From Saprolegnia diclina VS20 (Eukaryota): DNA of 64,000 nt. The translations under genes were made by a program, and so were the position numbers. The notes below the pieces were generated by a model. It was not told where the DNA came from, did not search any database, and was given only the letters and a program-made list of their open reading frames with translations. This document shows positions 34,843-47,679 of this stretch, in pieces; the first letter of the stretch is position 1; every line of letters begins with the position of its first letter. The stretch is from positions 961,353 to 1,025,352 of the forward strand of contig NW_008246071.1 in the NCBI RefSeq assembly GCF_000281045.1. Direction: 5' to 3'.

Positions 34843-35927
34843 ATGAACCGTCACGGCGACGACAATGAACGGTACGGGTCGCTCGGCGCCATTCAGGTGC
34901 ATACTTGAAGGCTCTGCAGCAACAAACACGCTGAACCACGTCCACTAGCGTCACATTCAGTCGGAGCTCGACGGGCTTCGCAAAATGCTCGAGCTACAAG
35001 TACGTTGCGGGCGCACCTCTTTCTCGATGCTCCACTGCTCTTGTAGGAGGCAGCACCCGCCATTCACTGTGTTGCTCTCCCAAAGAAACCAGATACAACT
35101 TTTGCGATATACCCCAGTGCGCCACCACTTCTTCGCTGCGAGACGCTTCTCGTCGCGGCCGAGGAAAGCACCGTCGCCCTCGTGACGCAGCTCGTGCGAC
35201 TGCATTACGCTATGCTATCGATCTTTAGCGTCCATGTATAGGCGCACGAGCAGTCGTCGATCGCTGAAGCCCGCGCGACGACCGAAACCAAGTGGAAGGA
35301 CATTGCGCTCGGCCAAGAACATGAGATCACGTACCGACGACACGTTATGTCTGTGACTACAGGCTGGATGGACGCGTAGACGGCTTAACGACCAACTGCG
35401 CTTGCTGCGCACCGAGCTCCGAGACGCGATCCAACGCAACGCGTGCGCCCAAGAGGATTGGAGCACGACTGCCCGTGTGACGGCCGCACGCAACGACGAG
35501 CTTCAAGCGCTCTTGGCCACGTCGCAGGCCAACAACGCCGTCTTGATGGACCAAGTTCGCGCCCAGCGAGAGGCCCTTGACGAGGTGCAGGTATTGTAGT
35601 GTACATCGACAGACAATTTGCTGCATACATGGAGACTAGACGCGTCTTCGACGGCATGGTGAGAAGGAATCCAGTGACGAACATACCATCACGGTTCTCC
35701 GAGATGCGTGCGACGCCGAGCGCCGCGCCAAAGACAAACTCGAGGCGCTCCTTATTGCGATGGTGCAGGCAGCGAATGCTCGACCGACGACGCATGATTT
35801 TCGAACGGTCCTCGATGTCCCATCAACGACGCTCTTGCACGCTGCCTCGACAAAGCCGCCGGTAGCACCATCGGCCAAGCCGCGGCCGGTCGTGGAGACA
35901 CTCCCGGTGACGCCAATGTGGAAATAG
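34843..35927 (+). CDS. Hypothetical coiled-coil protein (multi-exon)
   Basis: MNRHGDD.../SELDGLRKMLELQ/.../LRTELRDAIQRN.../...PMWK*, linked by short GT-AG introns. Confidence 0.6.
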
Positions 35928-35983
35928 AGCAAAGGTCATCAAGTGAGCCAAACTAATAAAATACATGGACAATAATGTCTTGA

Positions 35984-37305
35984 CTAGACCGTGTAGCTAC
36001 TTGCAACGTTGGGCGATGCAGTGTCGTCGTCGTTTCGGCGAGCAGTCGAGCCGGTCGTACTCCTTGCATCGTCGAGCTCGTCGTCGTCGAGCCGCGAGTC
36101 GCGGTCCATGGCGTCTATCCACTCGTTTTGCGTCGGAAGAAAGATCGACTCGTTCGAGCTGCGGGGCGAGCTCGCTGCGTACAACGTCTCGGACTGGTTG
36201 GAGCTCCGCGGCGTTTGCTCCAGCATGAGAAACTCGGCGTAGTCGGGCTTGGAGTCGGTGCCATACGACTCGGTCTCGATGTCAAAGGGGTCACCGTGTC
36301 CTCCGCGATAGGCCTCCAAAGTATACGAAGGCTCGTACTCGAAACGCGAGTCCTGTAGGCTCTTTGGCGTTGTCACGGGCAGCTGCGACGCCAAGCACGT
36401 GGGTGCTGCTGACGCCGACGACGACTTGAAGCTGAGCAGCGACGGCGGCGTCCGAAGATCGTCGTCGTCGTCGTTTCGTTTGGACGCGCGCCGTCGGCAA
36501 ATACAAATCGCTGTGAGGAGGGCAAGGACGATGCAGAGCACAAACAAGACGACAACGACAGACACAACAAGCTGACTTGATGGTGCTGCAGATGATGTCG
36601 TTCCCGCTTGGTTGTTGCTGCCCGTGCTGGTCGCCGGTGGCGAGCTCGTCGTTGGAGCCGTCGACGAAGACGTCGAGGAATCAGCTAGGGTACATGGCGA
36701 TAAGCTTGCGAGTGAAAAACAGAGCAGCGTACGGTGCATCATGTCGGCAGTCGTGATGATGGCAACCGCTTCGGTCTGGGCGAGAGGCGTGGCGCTTGGA
36801 GCTACATTCGTAGCGACAGTAGCGACCGTGCGGGGCACCGGTGCGGTTGTCGACGGTGGGTTCGTCGGTGTCGTCGTCGTCGACTCGGGTGTTTTTGTCG
36901 GGACCGGCAACGGTATTGCTGTCGTCAACACAGGCGCCGTTGGCCGCGATGCTTCGGTGGTCGGCGCTGGCGTCGCTCGTGCAGTTGGTGTCGCGGTCGT
37001 TGCGGGTGGTGCTGTGATGACAGCCTCTGTCGTGCGCGGCAGTGGCGATGACGTGGCCGTTGGTGTCAACGGTGTGGCTGTTGGTGTCGATGACGCCGTT
37101 GGAGCAGTCGTCACATGCACCAATGTCGTCGTTGGAGGCGGTGTTGTAATCTCGGCGTCGTGTGAGCTGGAGCTGGCAGCAAGCGTTGTGTTGGCCTCGG
37201 CTATACCCAACACTAGCATCAATCGAGACCGAACGTATTGGTATTTTGCATACCTGCCAGCACCGAGAGCACCAACACCGCGTAGACAACGAGCCGACCG
37301 AACAT
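35984..37305 (-). CDS. Mucin-like Thr/Pro-rich type I membrane protein
   Basis: Signal peptide MFGRLVVYAVLVLSVLA, intron, Thr-rich stalk, TM segment VVSVVVVLFVLCIVLALLTAICIC then RRR, and an acidic cytoplasmic tail. Confidence 0.8.
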
Positions 37306-37868
37306 GGCGCAAGGATTTGCAAAGTGCCATTTCGCTCGGCCGTTCTCCAAGCATCTCTGCATCGGCTTGCATCTCGCGACGAAGGTTCGCACTAAATATA
37401 CACTGCGGATCTCCTCGACGGCGTTGGAGCGCTGCATGCGAGTTACCACTGCGTTCCTTATTATTAAGCCACAAGTTCAAACGACCATGGACGAAGCAGG
37501 GAGGTAGAACGTCGAGCAACCTCGACTCAACAAGTACTCTACTACGTGGAAAAGTCGAGAGTCGCTGAACCTCGGATGCATCCCATTGGTCCTCTGGTTG
37601 TCTTCGCAATACGCAACATGGCTCATTATGCTAATACACTCGGCTCCATTGTACTTTGAGGTGCACAACGACTCGTCTCACGGTGGCAGAGTATGTTTTT
37701 GACGTGAACTTCTTGGACAGATGTCAGAAACATGCATGTACCTCGGCAACTGCACCGGAAGCGACGGCCGAGAACGTTCGGCGGCGTTTCGCCGACCAAT
37801 CAGCGGCCACGGCGGCAATATCTTGCCAACAGTCATTGACGCTTAGATTTGCCCTTGCATTTGGTCGA

Positions 37869-38534
37869 ATGGGCGCCAAGGCAAGTCGTCTCGAAGGCGC
37901 GAGGTCCGGCGAAGCGGGAACGTATGACAGCAAGTACCCCGCGGTGGCGTTCACGGCGCACGGGCTCGCGACACCGAACGAAGTGCACCACTACCTCCCG
38001 GCCAACTTGCCCGTGTTTCCAGTCCTAAACGCAACGTACTTGGTCGACTGCACCAAGTCGTGGAAGGACATTTGCATGGCCAACACGGACCGCATGAAGG
38101 AGTACGACAAGCAGGGCATTCTGCTCTTCCAAGACGAGTTCTTCCACCGCCTCTTTCAGCGCGACGCGAGCATGGAAGCCGTGTTCCCGTCCGTCAAGAA
38201 ACGCGCCGAGGTGCTTATCGCGGCAATGACGTTCATGCTCCAGGGCACAACTGAGAGCACGGAGCGCATGATCAACCGGTGCCGCCACCTCGGCCACGCG
38301 CACCGCGTGTTCCCAAAGGTGCGGCCGCACCACTTTGCCGTGTACGTGAGCACGTGCATCGAAGTCATCATGTACTGGCTCGGGAACGAGAGCACGCCCA
38401 ACATTGGCGAGGCATGGAGCAACCTCATTGGCTTCTACCTCAAGCACATTCTTCAAGCGTACCTCTATGACATCGTCGACGAGACCGAGTTTGCCCAAAA
38501 CATTAGCCATCGGCCAACGCCAGGAACCCAGTAA
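37869..38534 (+). CDS. Globin-domain protein with N-terminal extension
   Basis: FFHRLF...VF (B/CD region), LGHAH (F8 His), VRPHHF (G helix) and AW (H helix); starts MGAKAS. Confidence 0.85.
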   Translation: MGAKASRLEGARSGEAGTYDSKYPAVAFTAHGLATPNEVHHYLPANLPVFPVLNATYLVDCTKSWKDICMANTDRMKEYDKQGILLFQDEFFHRLFQRDASMEAVFPSVKKRAEVLIAAMTFMLQGTTESTERMINRCRHLGHAHRVFPKVRPHHFAVYVSTCIEVIMYWLGNESTPNIGEAWSNLIGFYLKHILQAYLYDIVDETEFAQNISHRPTPGTQ

Positions 38535-38762
38535 TACCTCGTGTTAATCACGATTCATCTGTGTACGACGTCGCGTGCTCGTCTGCGTCGCCTTGGTAAC
38601 GACAGCGCTCCATGCAACGTACCAACTCGTTGTTGCGATGAAATGTGGGCTGGCCTTTCTGCGTGCGACGCTCCGATTGGTGAAAAGTATGGATATTCGA
38701 GTCCACGTGGCAGGTCATTGGCTAAAATCTTATTCTGCATTCCGTTGCCGGCTGACGTGACA

Positions 38763-40751
38763 ATGGCGGAACTGCGCGACGCGTACAAGGCCATCAAGCT
38801 GCTCCAAGATGCGCTCAGCAAGTCCAAGGCCGACACAACGTCTCTGCGCGACCACTTTAAAGCGCAGCTCGAGCAATACCAGCTGCAAGTGCACGCGCTC
38901 CGCGACGAGCTGGCGGCCAAGCCTGTCGACGAGGCCAAGCCCGTTCCGTGCCAGCACCACGGCCTCGGCATTGAAGCAGCCGAGCGCAAGCATGCGATCG
39001 AAGTCCAGGCTCTGCGAGATGAACTTGCGCTTGCGCATCGGTACCGCGAAGAGGCGCTGGCGGAGCTCGCACAATGCCGCGCTGCTTTGGTTGAGCAGCA
39101 GACCATGAGTCACGACAGCGCTCGCGCCCTCAAGGAGCGCCAGGCGACGCACGAGGCAGAAGTCCTCGGTCTGCAGCAAACCAACACGATTGTACTTCTC
39201 GAGAAGCACGTGCTCCAAGACGAAGTCTCGACCCTTCGGATGGCCGTGGCCGACCACGAAGCGTCCAAGCAGCATCTCGAAGACCACACGCGGCTGCTGC
39301 TTCTACAGCAACATACGCTACAAGAACAACTAGCGCTGGCCCTCGAAGACCGGGACGCTGTACGACGTGTCGCGGACGCGCAAGTAGAGTCCCTCCAGCA
39401 GGAGCTGGGCGTCGTACGAACCGCCTTCAACGATCTGCAGCAAGCACTTTGCGTGACGCTGCCAGAGGCAGAAGATGCCACAAGTGCACCTGATACGAAC
39501 GTTGTACCTTCAGATATCTCATCAGCGCTGGCAGCGCTTTTGCGGGAGAAGGTCCAGCTGCAAACCGACGTGGCCGCGCTCCGAGCGTTCACACACGATC
39601 GCGTGGCGACGACGATGGCGAGCGTCCAGCAGCACCAGCGCGAGGAGTGGGCAGCCTTCCAACTCGCACAGGTAGCGCCACTCAAGACCATGGCCGCCGA
39701 CTTGTGCATCAAGGTTGAAGTCCTCGAATACGACAAGGCGGCGCTAACCACGTCGCTTCGCGCCCAGTGGGAGACACTGCGTGCGTTTTGCAAAGAAGAG
39801 CTGGCGGCGTTTGCAGCCCAACAGAGCAATGCCATGGACCATGTCGTTGCCCACGTCGCCAAGCTCCAAGAGTCCAGCACAGTCGCCACCGTCACAACGC
39901 TCAACGCCGACGACGACGCGACGGCGCCGTGGTCGTCCCTCGTAGCCACGCTGCTCGAGGTTGTTGGGCCCTTCCAGAAGCTCGTCCAGTGCCTCTCCCA
40001 GCTCCAAAGCCTTCTCAAGACAATGGTCTTCGTTCTATCGCAGCATTTGACGCAATATTGATCGCTTCTGCTCTAGGTACACCATGGTCTTGCGCTTGAA
40101 GACTGGTCCGACGTGACGACACAAGACCGCGTCCGGTCGATCGTCTCGCTGGCCCAGCGCCTCGTATCGACGGCAGCGCCGCAAGCCCTCGGCGAGACCG
40201 TCGCGGCGTGCCACCGCGCCGTGCACGACCAGTTGTACGGATGGCACAAGGTCCAGAGCAGGTACTCGTCCGCTGCCATTACGCCTGGACCACATGATAG
40301 CACTAGTTATGTGGGCCCAATCCCTGTCTTTGGCATTCACTCGCCCGAGGTCGACCACATCATGACGAGCTGGAGCGCAAGCGTCGCCGAGCAGCAAGCC
40401 GCCAAGCTATGGCTCTCGTACGTTGCGACGGGCGACATTGACGGCCACGTTGAAAGCAGTCACTTTCGCTTCCGGAGCCTCAGCGACGACGTCAAGGACG
40501 CCTTCCTTGTCCTTATCGTGCCCGTGCTCAAGCAGCGCCAGGGCGATTCTCTCCACGTGCGCCTCCGACGCCACCGACCGTCCACGACGAGTGACGAGAC
40601 GCGCTATGACCTGCTCCTCGAAGTCGGCGCGCTCATGCGCCAAAGCCTCTCGAGCGAGAGCGAAGATAGCGTCGCGCCTCCAAAGGAGGCGCCGTCGACG
40701 CTCTTCCTCGCCATTGAGCGCCGCCTCGCCGAGCTCCAGCAGCACCAGTAG
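38763..40751 (+). CDS. Hypothetical coiled-coil protein, 2 exons
   Basis: Heptad-rich ORF from ATG 38763; intron ~40026-40076 joins it in frame to the 40113-40751 ORF. Confidence 0.7.
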
Positions 40752-41180
40752 TAAGATCTTATATGCTCGAGCCACCTTGGTGCATAGTTCTGTGTTGGTG
40801 CATTGTACGCCATGGGATGCTCGCTTCGATGGACGCAAACGCTCGTACCATCATGCGCCACACCCTAGGACACGTGGCTTTGTCCAGCCCTCTCCAGTCT
40901 ACGGTCGTTGCCGTCTCGGGCGTGCCAGCCTCGTTCGCTGTTCTAGGCGCTCGCAGCGTTCGCGCCGAGCCTTTGTACGGCCATCGCAGGAGGGCCCGCT
41001 TGTGCTGCTTGTGCTGCCAGGTGGCGGTGCTGGTTAACCAGGGTGGGGAATCGTGTGGCCAGCACGTTTCAAATGGCGGCGTGTGATTGGCTGAAAGTCC
41101 CGATTAACCGGGTGGGTGACGTTGTGATTGGTTGGATATCAACGATTGGTGGCACAGGCGTGTCAACCTGGAGCTATGCA

Positions 41181-41195
41181 GCCATTCTCTAATTC
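41181..41195 (+). promoter_or_regulatory. Oomycete Inr/FPR core promoter element upstream of RPL5
   Basis: GCCATTCTCTAATTC fits CATTYBNNNWTTY; reverse CCAAT (GATTGG) boxes lie just upstream. Confidence 0.6.
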
Positions 41196-41209
41196 CCCAT
41201 TGAACAACC

Positions 41210-42109
41210 ATGACCTTCGTCAAGGTGAACAAGAGCAAGGCTTACTTCAAGCGCTACCAGACCAAGTACCGTCGCCGCCGCGAGGGCAAGACGGACTACC
41301 GCGCCCGCAAGCGTCTGATCACGCAGGACAAGAACAAGTACAACTCGCCCAAGTACCGCCTTGTCGTGCGCATCACCAACAAGCGCGTGATCTGCCAGAT
41401 CGCGTACGCCGAGATTGACGGCGACAAGATCCTCGCCGCCGCCTACTCGGATGAGCTCAAGCGCTACGGCCTCAAGTGCGGCTTCAAGAACTACCCGGCT
41501 GCCTACTGCACGGGTCTCCTTGTCGGCCGCCGCTTGTTGAACAAGCTTGGCCTTGACGGTGACTACGAGGGCAACACGGAGGTTGATGGCGAAGTCGTCA
41601 AGACGGAAGCCAACGGCCGCACGTACTACGTCGCCGAAGTCGCTGACGAGAAGCGCCCCTTCCGCGCCTTCCTCGATGTCGGCCTTCGCTCGACGTCGAC
41701 GGGCAACCGCGTCTTCGGCGCCCTCAAGGGTGCCACCGATGCCGGCCTCGACATCCCGCATTCGGAGAAGCGCTTCCCCGGTTACGACCGCGACGCCAAG
41801 TCGTACGACGCTGAGGTCCACAAGGAGCGCATTTTCGGCGACCACATCTCGAACCACATGAAGGAGCTCGAGGAAGATGACCCGGAGATGTACCAGAAGC
41901 ACTTCGCCGACTACATCAAGGCTGGCATCACGTCGGACGACATGGAGGACTTGTACGCTGCCGTGCACGAGGCCATCCGTGAGGACCCGACCCCGGCCGA
42001 GAAGAAGCCGTACAAGAAGGACCCCAAGTACAAGAAGGCCGTCAAGCGCTCGCTCTCGCAGTTCAAGGCCCGTGTCGCCCAGAAGAAGGCCCACGCCGCC
42101 AAGAACTAA
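41210..42109 (+). CDS. RPL5: 60S ribosomal protein L5 (uL18)
   Basis: [39 protein letters not shown] and [21 protein letters not shown]; intronless. Confidence 0.98.
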   Translation: MTFVKVNKSKAYFKRYQTKYRRRREGKTDYRARKRLITQDKNKYNSPKYRLVVRITNKRVICQIAYAEIDGDKILAAAYSDELKRYGLKCGFKNYPAAYCTGLLVGRRLLNKLGLDGDYEGNTEVDGEVVKTEANGRTYYVAEVADEKRPFRAFLDVGLRSTSTGNRVFGALKGATDAGLDIPHSEKRFPGYDRDAKSYDAEVHKERIFGDHISNHMKELEEDDPEMYQKHFADYIKAGITSDDMEDLYAAVHEAIREDPTPAEKKPYKKDPKYKKAVKRSLSQFKARVAQKKAHAAKN

Positions 42110-42786
42110 ATGTCTCTTGTCGACATCTAAGAGAAACCAATGGGGAATCTACTTTTTGACTCTGTCATCTCCAAGCTCTCAGTCTCGACCATCGCAGTTG
42201 CAGCCCTGAGCAACCCGCGTCAACATGTGACCAGATCGTCCAAGGATTACGGCAGTCGACTACCACCTTGGTCATTGTCTACAGGGTAGCAATGGTTGGA
42301 CACTTGAAGCAACGAGACGATGATGGGTCGTTGCGCTGCTGCATTCAACGCACTTGGTAAAGCGGAGGCAGGTACCGGTATCGTAATGATGCCAGCTCCT
42401 CTCGGCAACCGGTATGACTTGGGCGGATGAAGCAGTTTGGGCAACGACCAAGCTTTTCGATCATCCGCGCAACAACGCTGGGCGCGGTGCGCTAAACTGC
42501 TTTGAGATGCATGCACTTTGACTGTGTCGCTTGAAGAGCTGGCATGGACGAGGAGCGCAATCCTGTGCCCACTCGGCCAAGGTCAGGAGGTCCATAATCA
42601 ACAAGGTACGGCTGTCGACGATGTCAACAGAAGCGGTGTATGTGTTTCGACGTCGTGCATTAGGTTCATAGGTGCGTCTACTAGGATGGAAGGGCTATTC
42701 TAGTCGAATGGACGCCCAAAATGTAAGCAAGACTACTACCATTCAAGAAGGTCATCCTCAATCACCATGTGGCTGGCAAAAGCAAT

Positions 42787-43244
42787 TTAGTTCTTCTTGG
42801 CGGCGGCGGCGGCCTTCTTGATCAAGCTCGACTTCTGCTTGCGGGCAATCATGGACTTGAAGCGGTCAAAGTCGTTGAGGCCAGCGCGCGTCTTCTTGGC
42901 CTCCATCTTCTTGGACCAGGCCGTGGCGGCCCACTTGTTGAGGATGTCGGCCTTGACAAGCGCCTTCTTCAAGGTCGCCTCGCGCGCCTGGCGCGGGATC
43001 TTGACCGTCAGGTCCGTCAACGCAAGGCGCTTGAACGAGATCACGTGGCGGTTGACACCCGTGACCGAGTACGGGCCCTCCACGAGGCACTTGTTCTCGT
43101 CGACAACGTCGATGATGGTGGCGAGCTTGCCGGCGTCGGGGCCGTAGTTAATCAGAGCCACACGGCCGATCGTCACGAAGCGGGAGAAGGTCTACATCCA
43201 CTGGCATGAGCTTCACCTCGCATGCTGCATCATCCACGTACCAT
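42787..43244 (-). CDS. RPL14: 60S ribosomal protein L14 (eL14)
   Basis: ATG-only first exon, intron 43192-43241, then TFSRFVTIGRVALINYGPDAGKL...LNDFDRFK. Confidence 0.96.
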
Positions 43245-43573
43245 TGCTTAACTTTACACGTCAAAAGAAACTAAAGCCCAATGGCGAAAGCCCATGCACC
43301 CGCCATAGGCTTTGGACCAGCCACACTCTCCACCAATAAAACAGTTTGTCGCTCATTTTATTTATAGCTTGGCATTTGTATGCACTCCGTATTATAATAT
43401 GCATCCCCGCCTCGACCAGTCATTTTGAATGAGACCCGATCAAGTGCGGGTCTTCTCCCCTGTGAGCTTCCTGTAGCGATCGCGAGCGTACTTAGGAGAA
43501 CGCTTAGGTACGCATTCCGGATACGTCGGCAGGTATACGGATGCTTCCGGCCTGTATCCAAAAGCAACGCAGC

Positions 43574-45149
43574 ATGGCCGGGAAGCAGCGCAAGCGCGTC
43601 CATTGGTACGAGAAGAAGCAGGCCAAGAAGGCCAAGAAGGACGCCGAGGGCGAAGACGATGCTGCTGCCGATGAAGCGACCAAGAAGCCGGCGGACGACG
43701 ACTTTGACCGGCGCAACCACTTTCCGACCGTGATCCATCCCGGCTCGTACGCAGCGCAGCTCGACCCGACTGACACGTCCGACAAGTGCGGGTCGGGCCC
43801 GAAGCGCCGCTATGGCCTCCTCATCGCCTACTGCGGCCGCGAGTACTCGGGCATGCAAATGTACGCTGGCGACAATGGCGGCGACGTGCTGAATACTGGC
43901 GTGTCCCTACTAGGAACATTGGCGTCAAGACGGTCGAGGCCGAGCTCGAGCAAGCGTTGTACAACGCTGGCGCCATTGCACGCTGCAACTATGGCCTTAT
44001 CCAAAAGGTCCGATCCATTTCTACGACCTTGCTTCTCATGGCGACCCGTATTGGTGTAGATCGGCTGGAATCGCGCGGCGCGCACGGACAAGGGGGTCCA
44101 CGCTGCCGGGCAGCTCGTGTGCGCCAAGCTCTGCGTCGAAGGCACCGAAGACGAGTTCCGCGACAAGGTCAACTCGTTCTTGCCCAAGGACATTCGCGGT
44201 ACAGATAGCATCGTCGCCTTATCCTCACACGTTCCTCTCTAGTCCTTGAAGTCGTCGCCGTGACAAAGAACTTCAACGCGAAAAACTCGTGCGACCGCCG
44301 CACGTACGAGTACCTCGCGCCGACGTTTGTGTTTCAGCCGGCGGCCGCGCGGTCGTCGTCCGTCTCGAACGACCAGCCATGGGATGCGCACGCCAACGAG
44401 ATCTTCACCAACCTCGCTGTCGACCAAACGGCGTGGCAAACGCAGAAGGAGTACCGGCTCGACGACGCAACGTACGACAAGATCCAAGAAACACTCGCGC
44501 TCTACGAAGGCACGCACAACTTTCACAACTTTACGTCCAAGCTGCCGCCGTACAGCCCCAAGTCGGTGCATCTCCTCCAAAATATCAAGTTGATAGTCAA
44601 CTCGGTAGGTGCAACCGGTACATCATGTCGTTCAAGGCCGACAAGCCGTTCGTGCTCAATGGCGCCGAGTGGATCCGGATGCGCGTGATTGGCCAGAGCT
44701 TTCTCTTGCACCACATTCGCAAGATGATTGGCACGATGATCGACGTCCTTCGCGGTGCGACGCCGATCGCAACGATCGCCAAGGCGTTTGAACAGACCAA
44801 AATGGACCTTCCAAAGGCGCCGAGCGCCGGCTTGTACCTCGCCAAGGCCCATTTTGACGTGTACAACGACAAGAATGAAAACCACCGGCCGAGCTTGGAG
44901 TTTGACGAGCCCGCGCAGCTCGCGCGCATCGAGGCGTTCAAGCGCGACCAGATCTTTCCCGAAATCATGGACAAGGAAGAGCAGCACGCGATCTTCCCGC
45001 TCTGGCTCCTCCAGCTCGATGCGTTCCCGTTCAGCTACGCGACGTTGCCGTTCGACGAGTGGAAGGTGCAAAAGGAGGCTGCGGCCGCGCGCAACGCGGG
45101 TCGCGCGACCGAGTCGGACGACGAGCAACAGGGCGACGACGACGAGTAG
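43574..45149 (+). CDS. PUS1: tRNA pseudouridine synthase, TruA/Pus1 family
   Basis: YCGREYSGMQ, ARTDKGVHAAGQ (catalytic Asp), CDRRTYEY, GTHNFHNFT and GQSFLLHHIRKMIG. Confidence 0.92.
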
Positions 45150-45199
45150 ATTGACGAGGTCGACGACTGTACTACAAGCTTGTGCACACTCTAGTCAAA

Positions 45200-47037
45200 T
45201 TACAAACTCTCGCTCGTGCCGTAGTGGCGCGTCGCGTGCTCGTGCGCGTGCATGAGGTGCGTCATGCGCTCGTCGTCCGTGAGCCGGTGCACGGGGCGCA
45301 CTTGCTGCGGCGTCGAAAAGTTGGAGAGCACGGGATTGCTGAGGAGCGACGGCGTCGACATGGACCGCGTCATGCGCTGGATGACATCGGCCTCGACTTC
45401 GTCTTCGTCGAGTTCGCCTTCCGACATTTTGACCGCGAGGATCGCCATTTCTTCCCAATTGATGCGCGAGAGGAAGAAGGCCATCATGACAAACTTGGCG
45501 AGCTCGCCCAACACACTATCGACGGACGCTATGAGCGCCATATGCGTAGACACATAGTCTACCTGCCCCACCAGAGCCCTGGCAAGCCAATGTCCCATAC
45601 GATACCGAGCACGTACGCCGCTGGCAGCAAGATGGCCCACGACCCGACACCCGTGATGCACACGAGCGTCGATGCGAGCGACATGCCTTCGACGACGGCC
45701 GCGAGCACGAGGTGCAGACCCGATAGGGCGACACCAATGCAAAAGATCGGCAGCGCCACATGGATCGTGGCCTGGAGCTCGGCGTCCGGTGTAAACGCCG
45801 ACACGATGGGATAGCGAAAGAGGTACACCAGGAGCGCCGACCCGACGCTGGCGGCCGTGCCCAGCACAAAGCCCACAAGCATCGTCGTCTTGGCCCGCTC
45901 GGGTTGGTACGACCCGAGAAAGTTGGCGACGCGGACTTGGGTCGGGAGGCCAAAGCCCCAGTAGACGCCAAAGACGAGGTTCCAGAGGTTGAAGAGAATA
46001 CTGTTGGCCGAGAGCACGACGGGCCCGAGGTACGAGGCGAGCGACGTAGCGATCGAGTAGACCCATTCGTCCATGGCCATGTTGATCGTCATGCCCATCG
46101 AGAGGAGGAGGAAGCGCTTGACGCGGTCGCGCTCGAGACACGCCCATGTAAAGCCATACCAAGTCTTTTCGTGGTGCCGCTGAAAGTAGCAGGCATACAC
46201 GAGGAGCGAGAGCGGCTGGAAGATCGATGCAATGCACTGCGCCAACGGCGACCCGATGAACCCGAGGCCGTCAAAGTAGTTGGGGATGCCAAAGATCAAA
46301 ATGTAGTTGGCGCCAATGCACACAAAGACGCTGAGCACGTTGATGACGGTCGCCGGTGTCACAATCTCTTGGGCCTGAAAGTACTGTCTACCCCGAGCCA
46401 GCATCAGCACGACGTCGCGAGCATAAGGAACGTACCGAAGCGCGTAGTAGACGCACTGCGGCCAAATGCTCAGCGCCGACCATTTCGCGTACGTGCTTGC
46501 AAACTGCAGCACGACGACATCGTCGCTGAGCCCGGCGAGGATCACGTCGACGTAAAAGAAGGAAATGCACACGGGAATCGAAAACAGCGTCAAGAAGAAG
46601 ATACCGAGCTGGAGCCAAATGCCCACGAGCTCGTAGTTCTCGGCGCCGTACGCTTGCCCGCAGAGCTAGGAAGAGCTTAACTTGACGAAATGACGGCGAG
46701 AGGCAGCGAAACGTACCGTACAGAGCGCGACAGCAAAGCCGTAGATGACCACCTGGACGCCGGAAATCCAAATGTTGGCCAATGCACTGCCCGCAAGCTC
46801 GTTGTTGCCGAGGTGCCCCAAGAACGCTGCGCTGATCGTTGGCAGCGACGTCTGGCACACGGTCACGAGCGAGACCTTCCACGCCATCTTCCAGATCGCA
46901 CGCGCCTCGTGCAGAAAGGCCCGCCGCTTGCTCTTGAACGAGCGCCGGAACTCGGGCTCGACCGACTTGATGCCCAGCGCTGGCAGGAGCGCGCTCGTCT
47001 CGGACGCGCAGCGCCCGGCCTCGTCGTCCACCATCAT
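45200..47037 (-). CDS. MATE family transporter
   Basis: FLGHLGNNELAGSALAN, CGQAYGA, YFQAQ, GLGFIGSPLA, RVANFLG and GLPGLWWG. Confidence 0.9.
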
Positions 47038-47679
47038 GTTGCGGTTGCCGTTCTGTGGTTAACGTTATTGCTGAGCTCGAGATCTTCGGAAGCCAAGGTC
47101 GGCATTTTGACCAATCACACGCGCCGACCGTCCATGCTTCAACTGGTTCCGAAAACGAGACGAAGCAGATCAACGACCAAGTGTACACTATAGAACTTAT
47201 TCTAGCACAGGGATACTACAGTCGTAAATACCTCGAGTACTCACTCGATAGCACTACGCTCGTCTTCGTAGAGAGGAAGAAGGAGGGTATAGCTCAGCGA
47301 AGTGGGCTCAGGGATGTCGCCATGTAGTACGACGGTACGAGCACAATCAGCCGAGTAGACGTGAGAGAAAACCCTCGGGGCTTTGGCTGCTTGACGCGAG
47401 CAGCAGCTCCAAGCCTTGCCAATGAGCCAAGGGTCAATAACCCTCAAGAGTTGTGGGTTGAGGTATTCATCCTTGAACGCGCTCCTCGTGCAATATCGAC
47501 AACTCGTGCCATCCTGCGCCTTTCTCGACTTAGAGCCCTGGACTTGCAAGAGCGTTGCACAGAGGCAAAATGGCCCTAGCCTCGATGCCGCGTTCTAGCG
47601 TGTGGTCTTTGCGCCGAGCTATGAGATTGAGATATTGTAGTTGTAAGATTTACTTTTGGGGGCAGCTGTAGAGTGTCTC

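Noticed and set aside
42150..42760. Short ORFs between RPL5 and RPL14 (and similarly 55300-55800)
   Set aside because: No motifs or coding-like bias evident.
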